A DNA stretch of 64,000 bases, taken from positions 800,001-864,000 of the forward strand of contig JBEKKK010000001.1 of the NCBI GenBank assembly GCA_050010755.1, read 5' to 3'. The position numbers were made by a program, and so were the translations under genes. Numbering within the stretch: position 1 is the first letter of the stretch; each line of letters begins with the position of its first letter. Positions 50,204 to 59,579 of this stretch are shown piece by piece. The DNA comes from Candidatus Bathyarchaeia archaeon (GTDB taxonomy: Archaea; Thermoproteota; Bathyarchaeia; Bathyarchaeales; Bathycorpusculaceae). The notes below the pieces were generated by a model. It did no database searches and was not told the origin of the DNA. It saw nothing but the letters and a program-made list of their open reading frames with translations.

Positions 50204-50392
50204 AGCGCACGCCATTCGACGCCCATTTTCGGAACGCGCAAGCACAACATGGAAATTTACAATGACAACATCAAAATGTAACATTACAACCTCACAAACG
50301 CAGAGCCGGGGGCAAAGAGCAACCTGGAAAACACATATGTGTCCATAACATCCCAACATTACATCTGATGTAAAGAAAAAAAGACAGGGGCA
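50204..50392 (-). repeat. Inverted dispersed copy of the 22.8-kb repeat
   Basis: Reverse complement of 50354-50381 is identical to 22820-22847 (28 nt). It also carries GTAAATTTCCATGTTG..GTTCCGAAAA..AATGGC (50211-50260). Confidence 0.88.
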
Positions 50393-50581
50393 GACACCTC
50401 AAACGCCCCAGGCTTCTTCAGAATCGCCCGCTTGGACCAGAGCCTCGAACCCGGCGAAAAAACCGCAGACATCACACTTGCATAATTATGGACAGGCATG
50501 TGCGCTGACGCTCCATCACAATAGAACATCGCTTTTAAACAAGAACAAAACAAAACAAAAAAAGAGAGAGGAAATTCAGGG

Positions 50582-51718
50582 TTAGCCCGTTGCCGTTACA
50601 CTGAACGTTTGAAAGCCCTGGCCCATCAGCCTCACTGTGTAGTTGTCCCCAACAATCGGAGTAACAACCATCGCGGGGCCTTTCACGAATCCCATGTTCG
50701 GCTGAAGCTCAATGACACAGCTGAAACTCAATGTGGCGTTCTGCCCAGGCGCCAAAGTCAAGGGTGAACTGTCCATGTCATCATCGTCTATGCCGAAAAT
50801 CGGAGTCAAAGATGAGCCGTTGACCTTGAAAGGAATCGTATCTGGATGAATCCTCTCAACGAAGACTCCGCGTATCATCTCTCCCATCCGGTAGTCGTCA
50901 TCCCAAGTCCGTGTCGCGTTGAATTCGCCGTGCAGCGTCAGCCCGAAAATCCTGAAAGTGACGTTGCCATTGTTTACGAGTGTTACGTTGAGACTAGTCA
51001 CGTTGCCGTCGACCGAAAGCGAAGCCGAAGCAATCGTCAAGTTGTTTGAAAACTCTTCGACCACGCGCACCAGCTTTTCTCTGTCATTCTGCCCTAGTTC
51101 AACAATGGTTCCGACCTTGATCTGCTCCCGACTCAAGCTAGTCACAACCACAGCAGTCGCACTTGGAACAAGAACATAATAGTCCACCAAAGTACCGTTG
51201 GCATCTGTTGCCTGTATCTGCACCAGTGTTGGGTTGAAATCTATAAGCACGCCTGAGAGCGTTTGGTTAACCTGACTGTTCGCGATTGACATCACCAGCG
51301 TGTTAGACAAAGTAGTCACATTGTACATGGTTCCGTTGACAACAGCCTGAACACCAGCTATGGTGAACTGAATTCTGTCCACCGTTGTATCATTCGGAAT
51401 CGTCGTCGAAACAATCGTCTGACTAAAGTTTATCAGCGAGAACAGATCCACCGTCCCAGAAGCGTTTGTCGCAGGAAGCCATTCAGCCGTTCCATTCGTA
51501 TAAGCCACATGAAGCGTAACGTTAGTATACGTCAGATTGAGCATCGTGGTCCCAGTAGGCACAATCGGAGGATCAGTTAACATCACGAGAAAAGACGTTG
51601 CGGCGGAAGTTTGACTAGGCTTTAAAGACGTTGGGTTCGTATACAGAACGATACCAATGACGACAATAGCTACGAGCACCGCGGCTAAAGCATACTTAAG
51701 AATCCACTTTGTTGCCAT
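50582..51718 (-). CDS. DUF4382-like membrane-anchored surface protein
   Basis: N-terminal TM segment, VMLTDPP motif, beta-rich and sequon-rich. Confidence 0.75.
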   Translation of the reverse strand: MATKWILKYALAAVLVAIVVIGIVLYTNPTSLKPSQTSAATSFLVMLTDPPIVPTGTTMLNLTYTNVTLHVAYTNGTAEWLPATNASGTVDLFSLINFSQTIVSTTIPNDTTVDRIQFTIAGVQAVVNGTMYNVTTLSNTLVMSIANSQVNQTLSGVLIDFNPTLVQIQATDANGTLVDYYVLVPSATAVVVTSLSREQIKVGTIVELGQNDREKLVRVVEEFSNNLTIASASLSVDGNVTSLNVTLVNNGNVTFRIFGLTLHGEFNATRTWDDDYRMGEMIRGVFVERIHPDTIPFKVNGSSLTPIFGIDDDDMDSSPLTLAPGQNATLSFSCVIELQPNMGFVKGPAMVVTPIVGDNYTVRLMGQGFQTFSVTATG

Positions 51719-51780
51719 TCTATTTTCCTCCTCATGGGAACAAGCAAGAAGTGATAAAAACCTACATTTTTGAAAATCCT

Positions 51781-51812
51781 TTCAACAGTGTTGAACAGTG
51801 CTTTCAACAGTT
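51781..51812. promoter_or_regulatory. Candidate operator: TTSAACAGT x3, including the palindrome TTCAACA-G-TGTTGAA
   Basis: About 20-50 bp upstream of a minus-strand TTTTATC box (51751-51760) for 50582-51718. Confidence 0.55.
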
Positions 51813-51844
51813 TTTAACCATGCCGACCGCCGAACCGTCGCGGA

Positions 51845-52264
51845 TCAGACGGCCAACTTGCGCCAGAGCCTCAACGTTTCATACCAGAAAACAAGAACCA
51901 TGACGGCGCAAACAGCCACCAAGAACACTGTGAAACCTTGCCCGTAAAAGACTTCAAACGAAAAGAACGCCACAAGAATGGTGAAGAGCAACGAAAAGAA
52001 GAACAGCTGCGGGACTATCGCGGGACCTACTCTTGAGTAGCCGTCAAGAACCTTAATCGACGCTTCCTTCACCGCAGAATATCTGCCTTGCTCATCCTGC
52101 ACCGCAAAGCCAGCCTCCAAAAGCTTCCCAAGATGATAAGAAGCCAGAGAAGCCGACGATAAGCCGACTCCACGCTGAACATCCCGAAGCTCAGACGGAC
52201 CGTGCCTGAGCAAGTACATATAAACCTTAAGCGTATTGCCCCTAACTTCCTGACTGACTGACAT
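51845..52264 (-). CDS. Membrane-anchored wHTH transcription regulator
   Basis: RGNTLKVY.YLL, VQRGVGLSSASLASYHL.KL, then two TM helices. Confidence 0.85.
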   Translation of the reverse strand: MSVSQEVRGNTLKVYMYLLRHGPSELRDVQRGVGLSSASLASYHLGKLLEAGFAVQDEQGRYSAVKEASIKVLDGYSRVGPAIVPQLFFFSLLFTILVAFFSFEVFYGQGFTVFLVAVCAVMVLVFWYETLRLWRKLAV

Positions 52265-52447
52265 CCAAGAAAACAGATGAACAAAAGGCTTTTAACCCTT
52301 ATGAAGCCCAAGCCCACGATGGCCATCTCAAATCAAGCTGCTGAAGACCTAAAAATACACGTGCCCGACGTCTTCCCACCGTCATCAGTGACCCATGACC
52401 GATCATTACTCTTACTCTACAGGCGCGTAAGGAGTACCGGAAAGACG

Positions 52448-52717
52448 CTAGGACAGAAGATCAGACAAAAGAGCGTTCAATTCTTCTTTACTCTGCAAAT
52501 CGCGGAAAATGGCCTTGCCGCTTCCATACAAACGGAAAGAATACTTTCCGAACGTCAATTCAAAAATTATTCCGGCGATGGACTTTTTGACGGTGCCCTT
52601 TGCAAGAATCTTCTTCACTGCCTCATCTTTCTTTTCAAACTTGAACATCACGATGACATCTTGTTCCTTGCCGCACGTCCCCTCAGTCCTAGCCACGTAA
52701 TCCTCTACGGCAACCAT
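52448..52717 (-). CDS. Small protein resembling the MoeB/ThiF C-terminal domain
   Basis: TCG near the N-terminus and RLYGSGKAIF..helix; start overlaps the sufS stop. Confidence 0.6.
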   Translation of the reverse strand: MVAVEDYVARTEGTCGKEQDVIVMFKFEKKDEAVKKILAKGTVKKSIAGIIFELTFGKYSFRLYGSGKAIFRDLQSKEELNALLSDLLS

Positions 52718-53952
52718 TAAAACTTGCCAATCTCCTTCAGGACTTCTGTGAACCTGTCAATCTCTTCCCGCGTGTTGTATATGTAAAAGCTGGCCCTCGC
52801 GGTTGAGTTCAGCTTGAACACCTCATGCAGGGGCTGCGCACAGTGAAAGCCGCTTCTAACCATTATGCCGTAGTTGTCAAGAAACAGGGCAACATCATGG
52901 GAACTGAGACCCTCGATTCCAAAGGGAATTATCCCGCACTTAACAGACGTATCCTCAGTTCCAAAGATCCTGGCTTTCTCAACCTTTTTAATGCGTGGCA
53001 AGGCATATTTTGTCAGCATCTCCTCGTGTGCCCTCACATTACTCATGCCCAAACGCTTGAGGTATCTCACGGCCTCCATCAAGCCCACAGCGCCGCTGAC
53101 GTTCGGAGTTCCAGCCTCAAACTTCCACGGCAACGTATTCCACGATATTGAACACATTTTCTTTCTCGGATCGAAGGAGACTTCCCGAATCATCCCTCCT
53201 CCACCCTGAAAAGGCTCCATCCTTTCCAGAATGTCCTTCTTGCCGTACAGAACACCTATCCCCGTAGGCCCCAGCATCTTGTGACCCGAAAAAGCCAGAA
53301 AGTCAACGTCCAAATCCTTCACGTCCACCGGCATGTGAGGAACGGACTGTGCTCCGTCTATCAGAACCAGCGCGCCGTTCTCATGGGCAACTCTTACGAC
53401 CCTCTTAACATCATTCACGATTCCAGTGACGTTCGAAACGTGCGAGAGGGCAACGATCCTGGTCTTTGCCGATATCAGGTTCTCGAACGATTCATAGTTT
53501 AGCGTTCCGTCGTCCTTGACTTCGCCATACTTCACGTTTGCCTTTGTGATTCCTGAGATTATGTTCCAAGGAACGATGTTGCTATGATGCTCCATCAGCG
53601 AGACGAGGATTTCGTCGCCCTTCTTCAGGCTGTGAAGCCCCCAAGCGTAAGCCACCAGGTTAATGGCCTCCGTCGTTCCCCTCACAAAAACTGTCTCTTC
53701 CATACCATTCGCGTTAATGAACCCCGCTACTTCTTCGTGGGCTCTCTCGTAGAGGTCTGTGGCTTCCTGTGAGAGCGTGTGGACGGCTCTGTGCACGCCT
53801 GCGTTGTGGTTCTCGTAAAAATCTCGGATTGCGTTGATGACCTGTCTCGGCTTCTGCGAGGTCGCGGCGTTGTCAAAGTAGATGAGCGGGTTGTCATTCA
53901 CTATTCGCTTGAGGATGGGAAAATCTTCCCTAATCTTGCTGGTGTCCAGCAC
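52717..53952 (-). CDS. sufS: Cysteine desulfurase, group II
   Basis: DNAATSQKP, EHHSN, SGHKMLGPTG, FEAGTP and RSGFHCAQP. Confidence 0.96.
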   Translation of the reverse strand: MLDTSKIREDFPILKRIVNDNPLIYFDNAATSQKPRQVINAIRDFYENHNAGVHRAVHTLSQEATDLYERAHEEVAGFINANGMEETVFVRGTTEAINLVAYAWGLHSLKKGDEILVSLMEHHSNIVPWNIISGITKANVKYGEVKDDGTLNYESFENLISAKTRIVALSHVSNVTGIVNDVKRVVRVAHENGALVLIDGAQSVPHMPVDVKDLDVDFLAFSGHKMLGPTGIGVLYGKKDILERMEPFQGGGGMIREVSFDPRKKMCSISWNTLPWKFEAGTPNVSGAVGLMEAVRYLKRLGMSNVRAHEEMLTKYALPRIKKVEKARIFGTEDTSVKCGIIPFGIEGLSSHDVALFLDNYGIMVRSGFHCAQPLHEVFKLNSTARASFYIYNTREEIDRFTEVLKEIGKF

Positions 53953-54458
53953 TATTTTCCCTCAGCTGCCTTCATCCTCTTCGACAGCATCCTCGCAAGT
54001 TCCTCTTCTTCCAACGCTTGCTTCTCTTCAAAACTAGGTTCTGGCTGCATCCAACTCGGAGACTGGTTGTTCACGAAATACTTTCTTATGGCCCTCTTGA
54101 GCGCTCCGACGGCTAATATGCCGCAATGGAACTTGACGCTGGGGAGCCCGCCCACGGCTTCCGTCACGCTTTTGTAAGAAACTTTCCAAGCATCTTCCAG
54201 CTTCAACCCCTTGATCATCTCTGTGACTATGCTTGAAGTGGCAATGTTTGCCGCGCAACCGTAGCTTTCAAAAGAAGCCTTCTCAATAACGTCTTGATCG
54301 TTGATTTTCAGGTAGAACGTTATCATGTCCCCGCACATGGGGTTTCCAGCCACTGAAACGACAGTGGCGTCTTCCATCTTTCCCAAGTTCTTAGGGTTCT
54401 TGAACAGTTCAAGAATCTTCGGATTGTAAGGTAATGGTGCTCTCGACACACTACTCAA
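53952..54458 (-). CDS. iscU: Fe-S cluster scaffold (IscU/NifU N-terminal type)
   Basis: NPKNLG, GNPMCGD, YGCAA and KFHC. Confidence 0.92.
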   Translation of the reverse strand: MSSVSRAPLPYNPKILELFKNPKNLGKMEDATVVSVAGNPMCGDMITFYLKINDQDVIEKASFESYGCAANIATSSIVTEMIKGLKLEDAWKVSYKSVTEAVGGLPSVKFHCGILAVGALKRAIRKYFVNNQSPSWMQPEPSFEEKQALEEEELARMLSKRMKAAEGK

Positions 54459-55674
54459 CTCCTGTGGAACCGGTTATACTTCTTATCCTCTCAACGGCTA
54501 GTGGAATAACATTCAAGGCGCAGTTTATGTCCTCTTCGGTGTGGAACCTGCTAACCTTCATCAGTATGCTGCCATGAGCCTGATCAAACTGCCTGCCTAT
54601 GGCGACGAGAACATGGCTCGGCTGCAACAACCTCCTCGAACACGCGCTGCCGCTTGAGACGTAGATGCCGCTAAGACTCAACTCGATCGTTAACGCTTCT
54701 CCTTCGCATCTCAAAAAACTAATGTTCGTGTTGTCAGGAGCTCTCTTCTCCCCTCTCGGTCCATTCAGCAACACGTCAGGCACTCTGCTGAAAATTCCTT
54801 CCGTCAACTTGTCTCGAAGTTGTCGCATGCGATCCGTTCCTGCCTCAAAGTCTTCGAAGGCCAGCTCAGAGGCTTTTGTGAAACCGACGATTAACGGAGT
54901 GTTTTCAACGCCCGGCCAGAGCCTCTGCGTTCCTATCTGGCCTTCCAAGATCTTCTCAATGTTGACACGTTCTTTCACGTACAGAGCGCCTGTTCCGCGA
55001 GGCCCCGAAATCTTGTAGCTGCTGAGCGTCGCCAAATCCACGCCCAGACCCTGCAAGTCGAAGGGAATCTTTCCGTACGCGTCTGAGGCGTCCGTGTGAA
55101 AGACTGTCAGAGCGTTCTTGTCCTTGACTATTCTTGCCGCTTCTCTTATCGGCTGCACCGTCCCAATCTCATGGTTAACTGCCGACAGGCTTACCAGAAC
55201 CGTTTCCTTGTCCACCGCCTCTTTCAACATCTCAAGGTTCAAGAAGCCTTCCTCGTCCACGGGAATCTTCGTCAAGGTGAATCCGTTCTTTTGAAGCATT
55301 TCCACAACGTTCAGCACGTTTATCGGCTCAATCTCGGAAATCACGATTTTCTTGCCCTTGTCCCTCATGGAGGCCGCGGTTCCCAGGATTGCCAGGTTGT
55401 TCGCCTCAGTCTCTCCGGGTGTGAAGTTGATTTCTTCTGGTGTTTTGCAGCCCGCGAAGGAGGCGATCTTCTGCGCCGACTCCATTATTGTCTCGAAGGC
55501 TTCCCAGCCAGGTTTGTGAGTCAACGTCGGGTTTCCGTATGCGCTTTGATTAAAATAGGGAAGCATCGCCTTGACCACTTCTTCGGGAACCCTGCTCGAA
55601 TTCTCACCGTCAAGGTAAACGTCACACTCCAGCCCTTCATGCGCCTTCAACAGTTCTTTCACATTCTCAATCAT
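54451..55674 (-). CDS. iscS: Divergent group I cysteine desulfurase (IscS/NifS-like)
   Basis: YGNP, TEANN, HEIGTVQP, YKISGPRG and SSGSACS, with several PLP-site substitutions. Confidence 0.85.
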   Translation of the reverse strand: MIENVKELLKAHEGLECDVYLDGENSSRVPEEVVKAMLPYFNQSAYGNPTLTHKPGWEAFETIMESAQKIASFAGCKTPEEINFTPGETEANNLAILGTAASMRDKGKKIVISEIEPINVLNVVEMLQKNGFTLTKIPVDEEGFLNLEMLKEAVDKETVLVSLSAVNHEIGTVQPIREAARIVKDKNALTVFHTDASDAYGKIPFDLQGLGVDLATLSSYKISGPRGTGALYVKERVNIEKILEGQIGTQRLWPGVENTPLIVGFTKASELAFEDFEAGTDRMRQLRDKLTEGIFSRVPDVLLNGPRGEKRAPDNTNISFLRCEGEALTIELSLSGIYVSSGSACSRRLLQPSHVLVAIGRQFDQAHGSILMKVSRFHTEEDINCALNVIPLAVERIRSITGSTGVE

Positions 55675-55816
55675 CGCGCGTTCAGCCTCTCCGTTTGCAA
55701 ACCGATTTCATCATGCTAATTATTCCTACTCTCTAATAAGAAAATCTGATTTGCGCAACGGTTTAAATGACTGCTCATTCTAAACCTTTCGTAACGGAAC
55801 AATCGGGCGCGGTCAA

Positions 55817-58048
55817 GTGAAAATAGCGGAACTCTCTATACCAGAAGCCGTCAAAGAATTGACGATTAGGTCTGGAATCGTTGAGCTTTATCCACCGCAG
55901 GAGGAAGCCGTGAAGGCGGGGGCTCTCGAAGGAAAAAACCTAGTCCTAGCCAGCCCGACAGCTTCTGGAAAAACTCTGGTCGCCGAGTTCTGCGCCTTAA
56001 AACACATATTGGAAAAGAATGGAAAAGCCGTTTATCTCACGCCTCTGAGAGCCTTGGCGAGCGAGAAATATGAGGAGTTCAAAAAGTACACGGCGATAAC
56101 GAAGAAGAGCGGAAGAAGAATAAGCGTCGGAATAAGCACGGGCGACTTCGACAGCACCGATGCATGGCTGGAAAGGTATGACATCATAATTACCACGAAC
56201 GAGAAGGCCGACTCTCTTCTGAGGCACAGGGCCAAGTGGATGGATGAAATTTCCCTCGTGGTTGCGGATGAGGTTCACTTGCTGAACGAAGCCGAGCGCG
56301 GACCGACATTGGAGGTGGTCTTGGCCAGACTCATGCTCACCAACCCTGGTGTGCAGATATTGGCGCTGAGCGCAACGATAAACAACGTGGACGAAATCGC
56401 CCAGTGGCTAAAAGCAGATTACGTTACCACCGAGTGGCGCCCCGTTGCCCTCAAAGAAGGCGTCCTACTCAACGAAGAAGTCCAATACAGAGACGGGGAC
56501 GCTCGCACGCTGGAGAAAAAAGCTCGCGATCCAACTTTAAACCTGATTCTAACCACCGTGAAAACCGGAGGCCAGGCCCTGGTCTTCGCTTCCACTAGGA
56601 AGAACGCGGCGACTCTGGCCAAGAGAATCGCAGGCGAAATCGAGCCTGTCCTGTCCAAACCTGCAAAACGCTCTCTGGAGCACGATGCAAATCGCATCCT
56701 TGCCGCTGGAGAAAGAACATCGCTCGGCGACTCGCTCGCAGAAATAGTCAAGTGCGGCACCGCGTTCCATCACGCTGGCTTGGGTGGAGGCCACCGAAAG
56801 CTGATAGAGGACGCTTTCAGGCAGGGAAGAATCAAAGTCCTGACAGCAACCCCGACGCTAGCATTCGGCGTAAACTTGCCAGCAAGAACGGTCGTCATCC
56901 ACGACTACAGGAGATACGAGGCAGGCTACGGATACTACCCAATCAGCGTCTTAGAGTACAAGCAGATGGCAGGCAGGGCAGGCAGACCAAAGTACGACAA
57001 GACAGGCGAAGCCATACTGGTTGCCAAAACCAACGACGAAGCAGACTACTTGATGGAAAGCTACGTACTCGCGAGGCCAGAACGCATATGGTCCAGACTA
57101 GCCGTTGAAAGGATAATGAGAACTCACGTTCTTGCAACCGTCGCCGCGGACTACGCCCACACCGAACGCGGCATCTACGAGTTCTTCGGCAAGACCTTCT
57201 ACGCCTTTCAGTATGACGTCAACGCCATCAAGGGCATAATAGCCAAGATTCTAAAGTACCTGTACGATGAGGACATGATAGAAGTCTTCGGCGAAGACAT
57301 CAACGCCACAAAATTCGGAAAACGAGTCAGCGAACTCTACATCGACCCGTTCTCAGCGGTAATAGTGCGCGATGCGCTGAGACGAAAACCCGCATTCTTG
57401 ACAGATTTCAGTCTACTTCACATGATCGCGCACACTCCAGACATGGGTCCCGTTCTGCGACCATACTCGCGGGAGTTCGACGAGATTTCAGTTTTCTTAG
57501 AAGAACACAAGGAAGAGCTGCTAATAGCCCCGCCCGACGAGCTCCAAGACAACATCGCCTACGAAGAGTTTCTCGGAGAAGTCAAAACGGCCATGACCAT
57601 GAACGCGTGGATCGAAGAAATAAGCGAAGAGCAGCTAATAGAAAAGTTCAGAGTTCAACCAGGAGACCTCTATCGAACGATTGAAAACGCCAAGTGGCTA
57701 CTCCACGCCACACACGAACTCGCACAGCTTTTCGGCAACAAGCAGATGCTACCACACATCCTAGAAGTGAACAAAAGAGTGGAGAAAGGAGTGAAAAAAG
57801 AACTGCTACCCCTCGTAAAACTTGAAGGAATCGGCCGAGTCCGCGGACGCATAATCTACAACGCAGGATACAAATCTACCGAAGAGATAAAAAAAGCATC
57901 CCTAAACGACCTGGCCAATCTTCCACTAATAGGACCAAAGCTTGCCAAAAAAATAAAGGAACAAATCGGCGGCTTCGTCAAAAAAGAAACCCTGGAAAAA
58001 CTTGACAGAGAAGCAGAATGGAAACAAAAAGCACTAACAGAATTCTAA
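55817..58048 (+). CDS. hel308: Ski2-like DNA helicase Hel308/Hjm
   Basis: PTASGKT, DEVH, SAT, FHHAGL, GVNLPA and QMAGRAGRP; C-terminal HhH. Confidence 0.96.
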   Translation: MKIAELSIPEAVKELTIRSGIVELYPPQEEAVKAGALEGKNLVLASPTASGKTLVAEFCALKHILEKNGKAVYLTPLRALASEKYEEFKKYTAITKKSGRRISVGISTGDFDSTDAWLERYDIIITTNEKADSLLRHRAKWMDEISLVVADEVHLLNEAERGPTLEVVLARLMLTNPGVQILALSATINNVDEIAQWLKADYVTTEWRPVALKEGVLLNEEVQYRDGDARTLEKKARDPTLNLILTTVKTGGQALVFASTRKNAATLAKRIAGEIEPVLSKPAKRSLEHDANRILAAGERTSLGDSLAEIVKCGTAFHHAGLGGGHRKLIEDAFRQGRIKVLTATPTLAFGVNLPARTVVIHDYRRYEAGYGYYPISVLEYKQMAGRAGRPKYDKTGEAILVAKTNDEADYLMESYVLARPERIWSRLAVERIMRTHVLATVAADYAHTERGIYEFFGKTFYAFQYDVNAIKGIIAKILKYLYDEDMIEVFGEDINATKFGKRVSELYIDPFSAVIVRDALRRKPAFLTDFSLLHMIAHTPDMGPVLRPYSREFDEISVFLEEHKEELLIAPPDELQDNIAYEEFLGEVKTAMTMNAWIEEISEEQLIEKFRVQPGDLYRTIENAKWLLHATHELAQLFGNKQMLPHILEVNKRVEKGVKKELLPLVKLEGIGRVRGRIIYNAGYKSTEEIKKASLNDLANLPLIGPKLAKKIKEQIGGFVKKETLEKLDREAEWKQKALTEF

Positions 58049-58130
58049 CCCTGCCCAAGACTTTTTTGGCCAACAGTATTTAGAAATAATTTTCAGGCTT
58101 CAAGCATCTGGGATTCTTGCGTCAGAAGAA

Positions 58131-59492
58131 TTATTCTCTTGTTCGACGCTCGTCCATGGTTTTCTTGACCACAGAATCGATTTGGCTTAACGTCGTGCCC
58201 AGATAATTCCTAGGGTTCAGGGCTTTTTCTATCTCTTTCTTGTTCAACCTTTTCATCACAATCTTATCTTCTTGCAGTACTTCTTTGAACGGCCGTCCCT
58301 CTCGTTCACTTTTCAGCGTCAGTCTTCTCATCAGTTCGTGAGCTTCCTGTCTATCCATGCCATTCCGCGCCAAAGCCATCATCACCGCTTCAGACATCAG
58401 ACGGCCCTGAGTCAATCCAATATTAGCTAACATCCTCTGCTCGTCTACGCACAGTTTTCCGATTACGCCGCTCATGAGAAAAAGCATGTAATCCGTCACG
58501 ATGCATATCTCAGGAAATATGAAGCGTTCGGCGGATGACTGGGTCAAGTCTCGTTCGTGCCAGGTCGTAACGTCCTCCAGTGACGGAGCGACCAGGCTTC
58601 TGGCGATCCTTGCCAGGCCGCAGATTCTCTCACAGGTCTCGGGGTTCCGTTTGTGCGGCATAGTAGAACTGCCAACCTGTTTTTCGCCTTCAAAGTATTC
58701 GGAGAGTTCACCGATTTCGGGTCTCTGCAGTTCGCGGATTTCCGTTGCGAAATTCTCCAGTGTAGAGGCAATTCCGGCCAGCACGCACACCATTTCAGCG
58801 TGGCGGTCTCTCTGCACGATTTGGGTTGAAATGTCGGCGGGTTCAATTCGCAGTCTTTGCATGACGAGCTTCTGAATTCTATCTGCCTTCGTGCCCAGAC
58901 CCGCCTGCGTGCCCACTGCACCGCTCATTTTTCCGACTACGACGCGCCGCTGGCATTGTCTGAGACGTTCAATTTGCCTCGAAACCTCGCGGGTCCAAAC
59001 GGCGAACTTGAAACCCAACGTAATCGGCAAGGCATGCTGTCCATGGGTCCTGCCGACCATCAGCGTGTTCTTGTACTTCAAGGTTTTTTCCATCAATACC
59101 TTTTCAAGCTCGCAGAGTCTGGCATCAATGAGTTGCAGCGCATCCTTCAACTGCAGAGCGGTAGCAGTGTCCACTATGTCATAGCTCGTGGCACCTAGAT
59201 GAACATAGGCTCCGCTCGTCCCGCAAGCTTCGGCGAGAGCCCTGACCAAAGAGGCAATGTCATGCTTTATTTCACGTTCAATCTCCTTGATTCGGCGCAG
59301 TTCCACACGCTCCAGCAAACACACAGACGCGATTTTCTCCGCATCCTTACGAGGCACATCCCCCACTTCAGCGTGCGCCCAGGCCAAAGCAGCCTCAACG
59401 TCAAGCATCTTCTGGACCCGCGTCTCCTCCTCAAAAATCTTCTTCATTTCAGGCGTGCCATAACGGCCCGTGTCAACTGGAAGAATCGGCAA
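58131..59492 (-). CDS. purB: Adenylosuccinate lyase
   Basis: HLGATSYD, GRTHGQHA, GSSTMPHKRNP and HERDL. Confidence 0.97.
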   Translation of the reverse strand: MPILPVDTGRYGTPEMKKIFEEETRVQKMLDVEAALAWAHAEVGDVPRKDAEKIASVCLLERVELRRIKEIEREIKHDIASLVRALAEACGTSGAYVHLGATSYDIVDTATALQLKDALQLIDARLCELEKVLMEKTLKYKNTLMVGRTHGQHALPITLGFKFAVWTREVSRQIERLRQCQRRVVVGKMSGAVGTQAGLGTKADRIQKLVMQRLRIEPADISTQIVQRDRHAEMVCVLAGIASTLENFATEIRELQRPEIGELSEYFEGEKQVGSSTMPHKRNPETCERICGLARIARSLVAPSLEDVTTWHERDLTQSSAERFIFPEICIVTDYMLFLMSGVIGKLCVDEQRMLANIGLTQGRLMSEAVMMALARNGMDRQEAHELMRRLTLKSEREGRPFKEVLQEDKIVMKRLNKKEIEKALNPRNYLGTTLSQIDSVVKKTMDERRTRE

Positions 59493-59579
59493 CTTCAGCG
59501 TCCCTCATGAAGAGTAAGCTGACTAAAGATTAATGCTTTACCAAACACTGTAGAACCCTCGCAGGAAGGCTCCTGTGAA

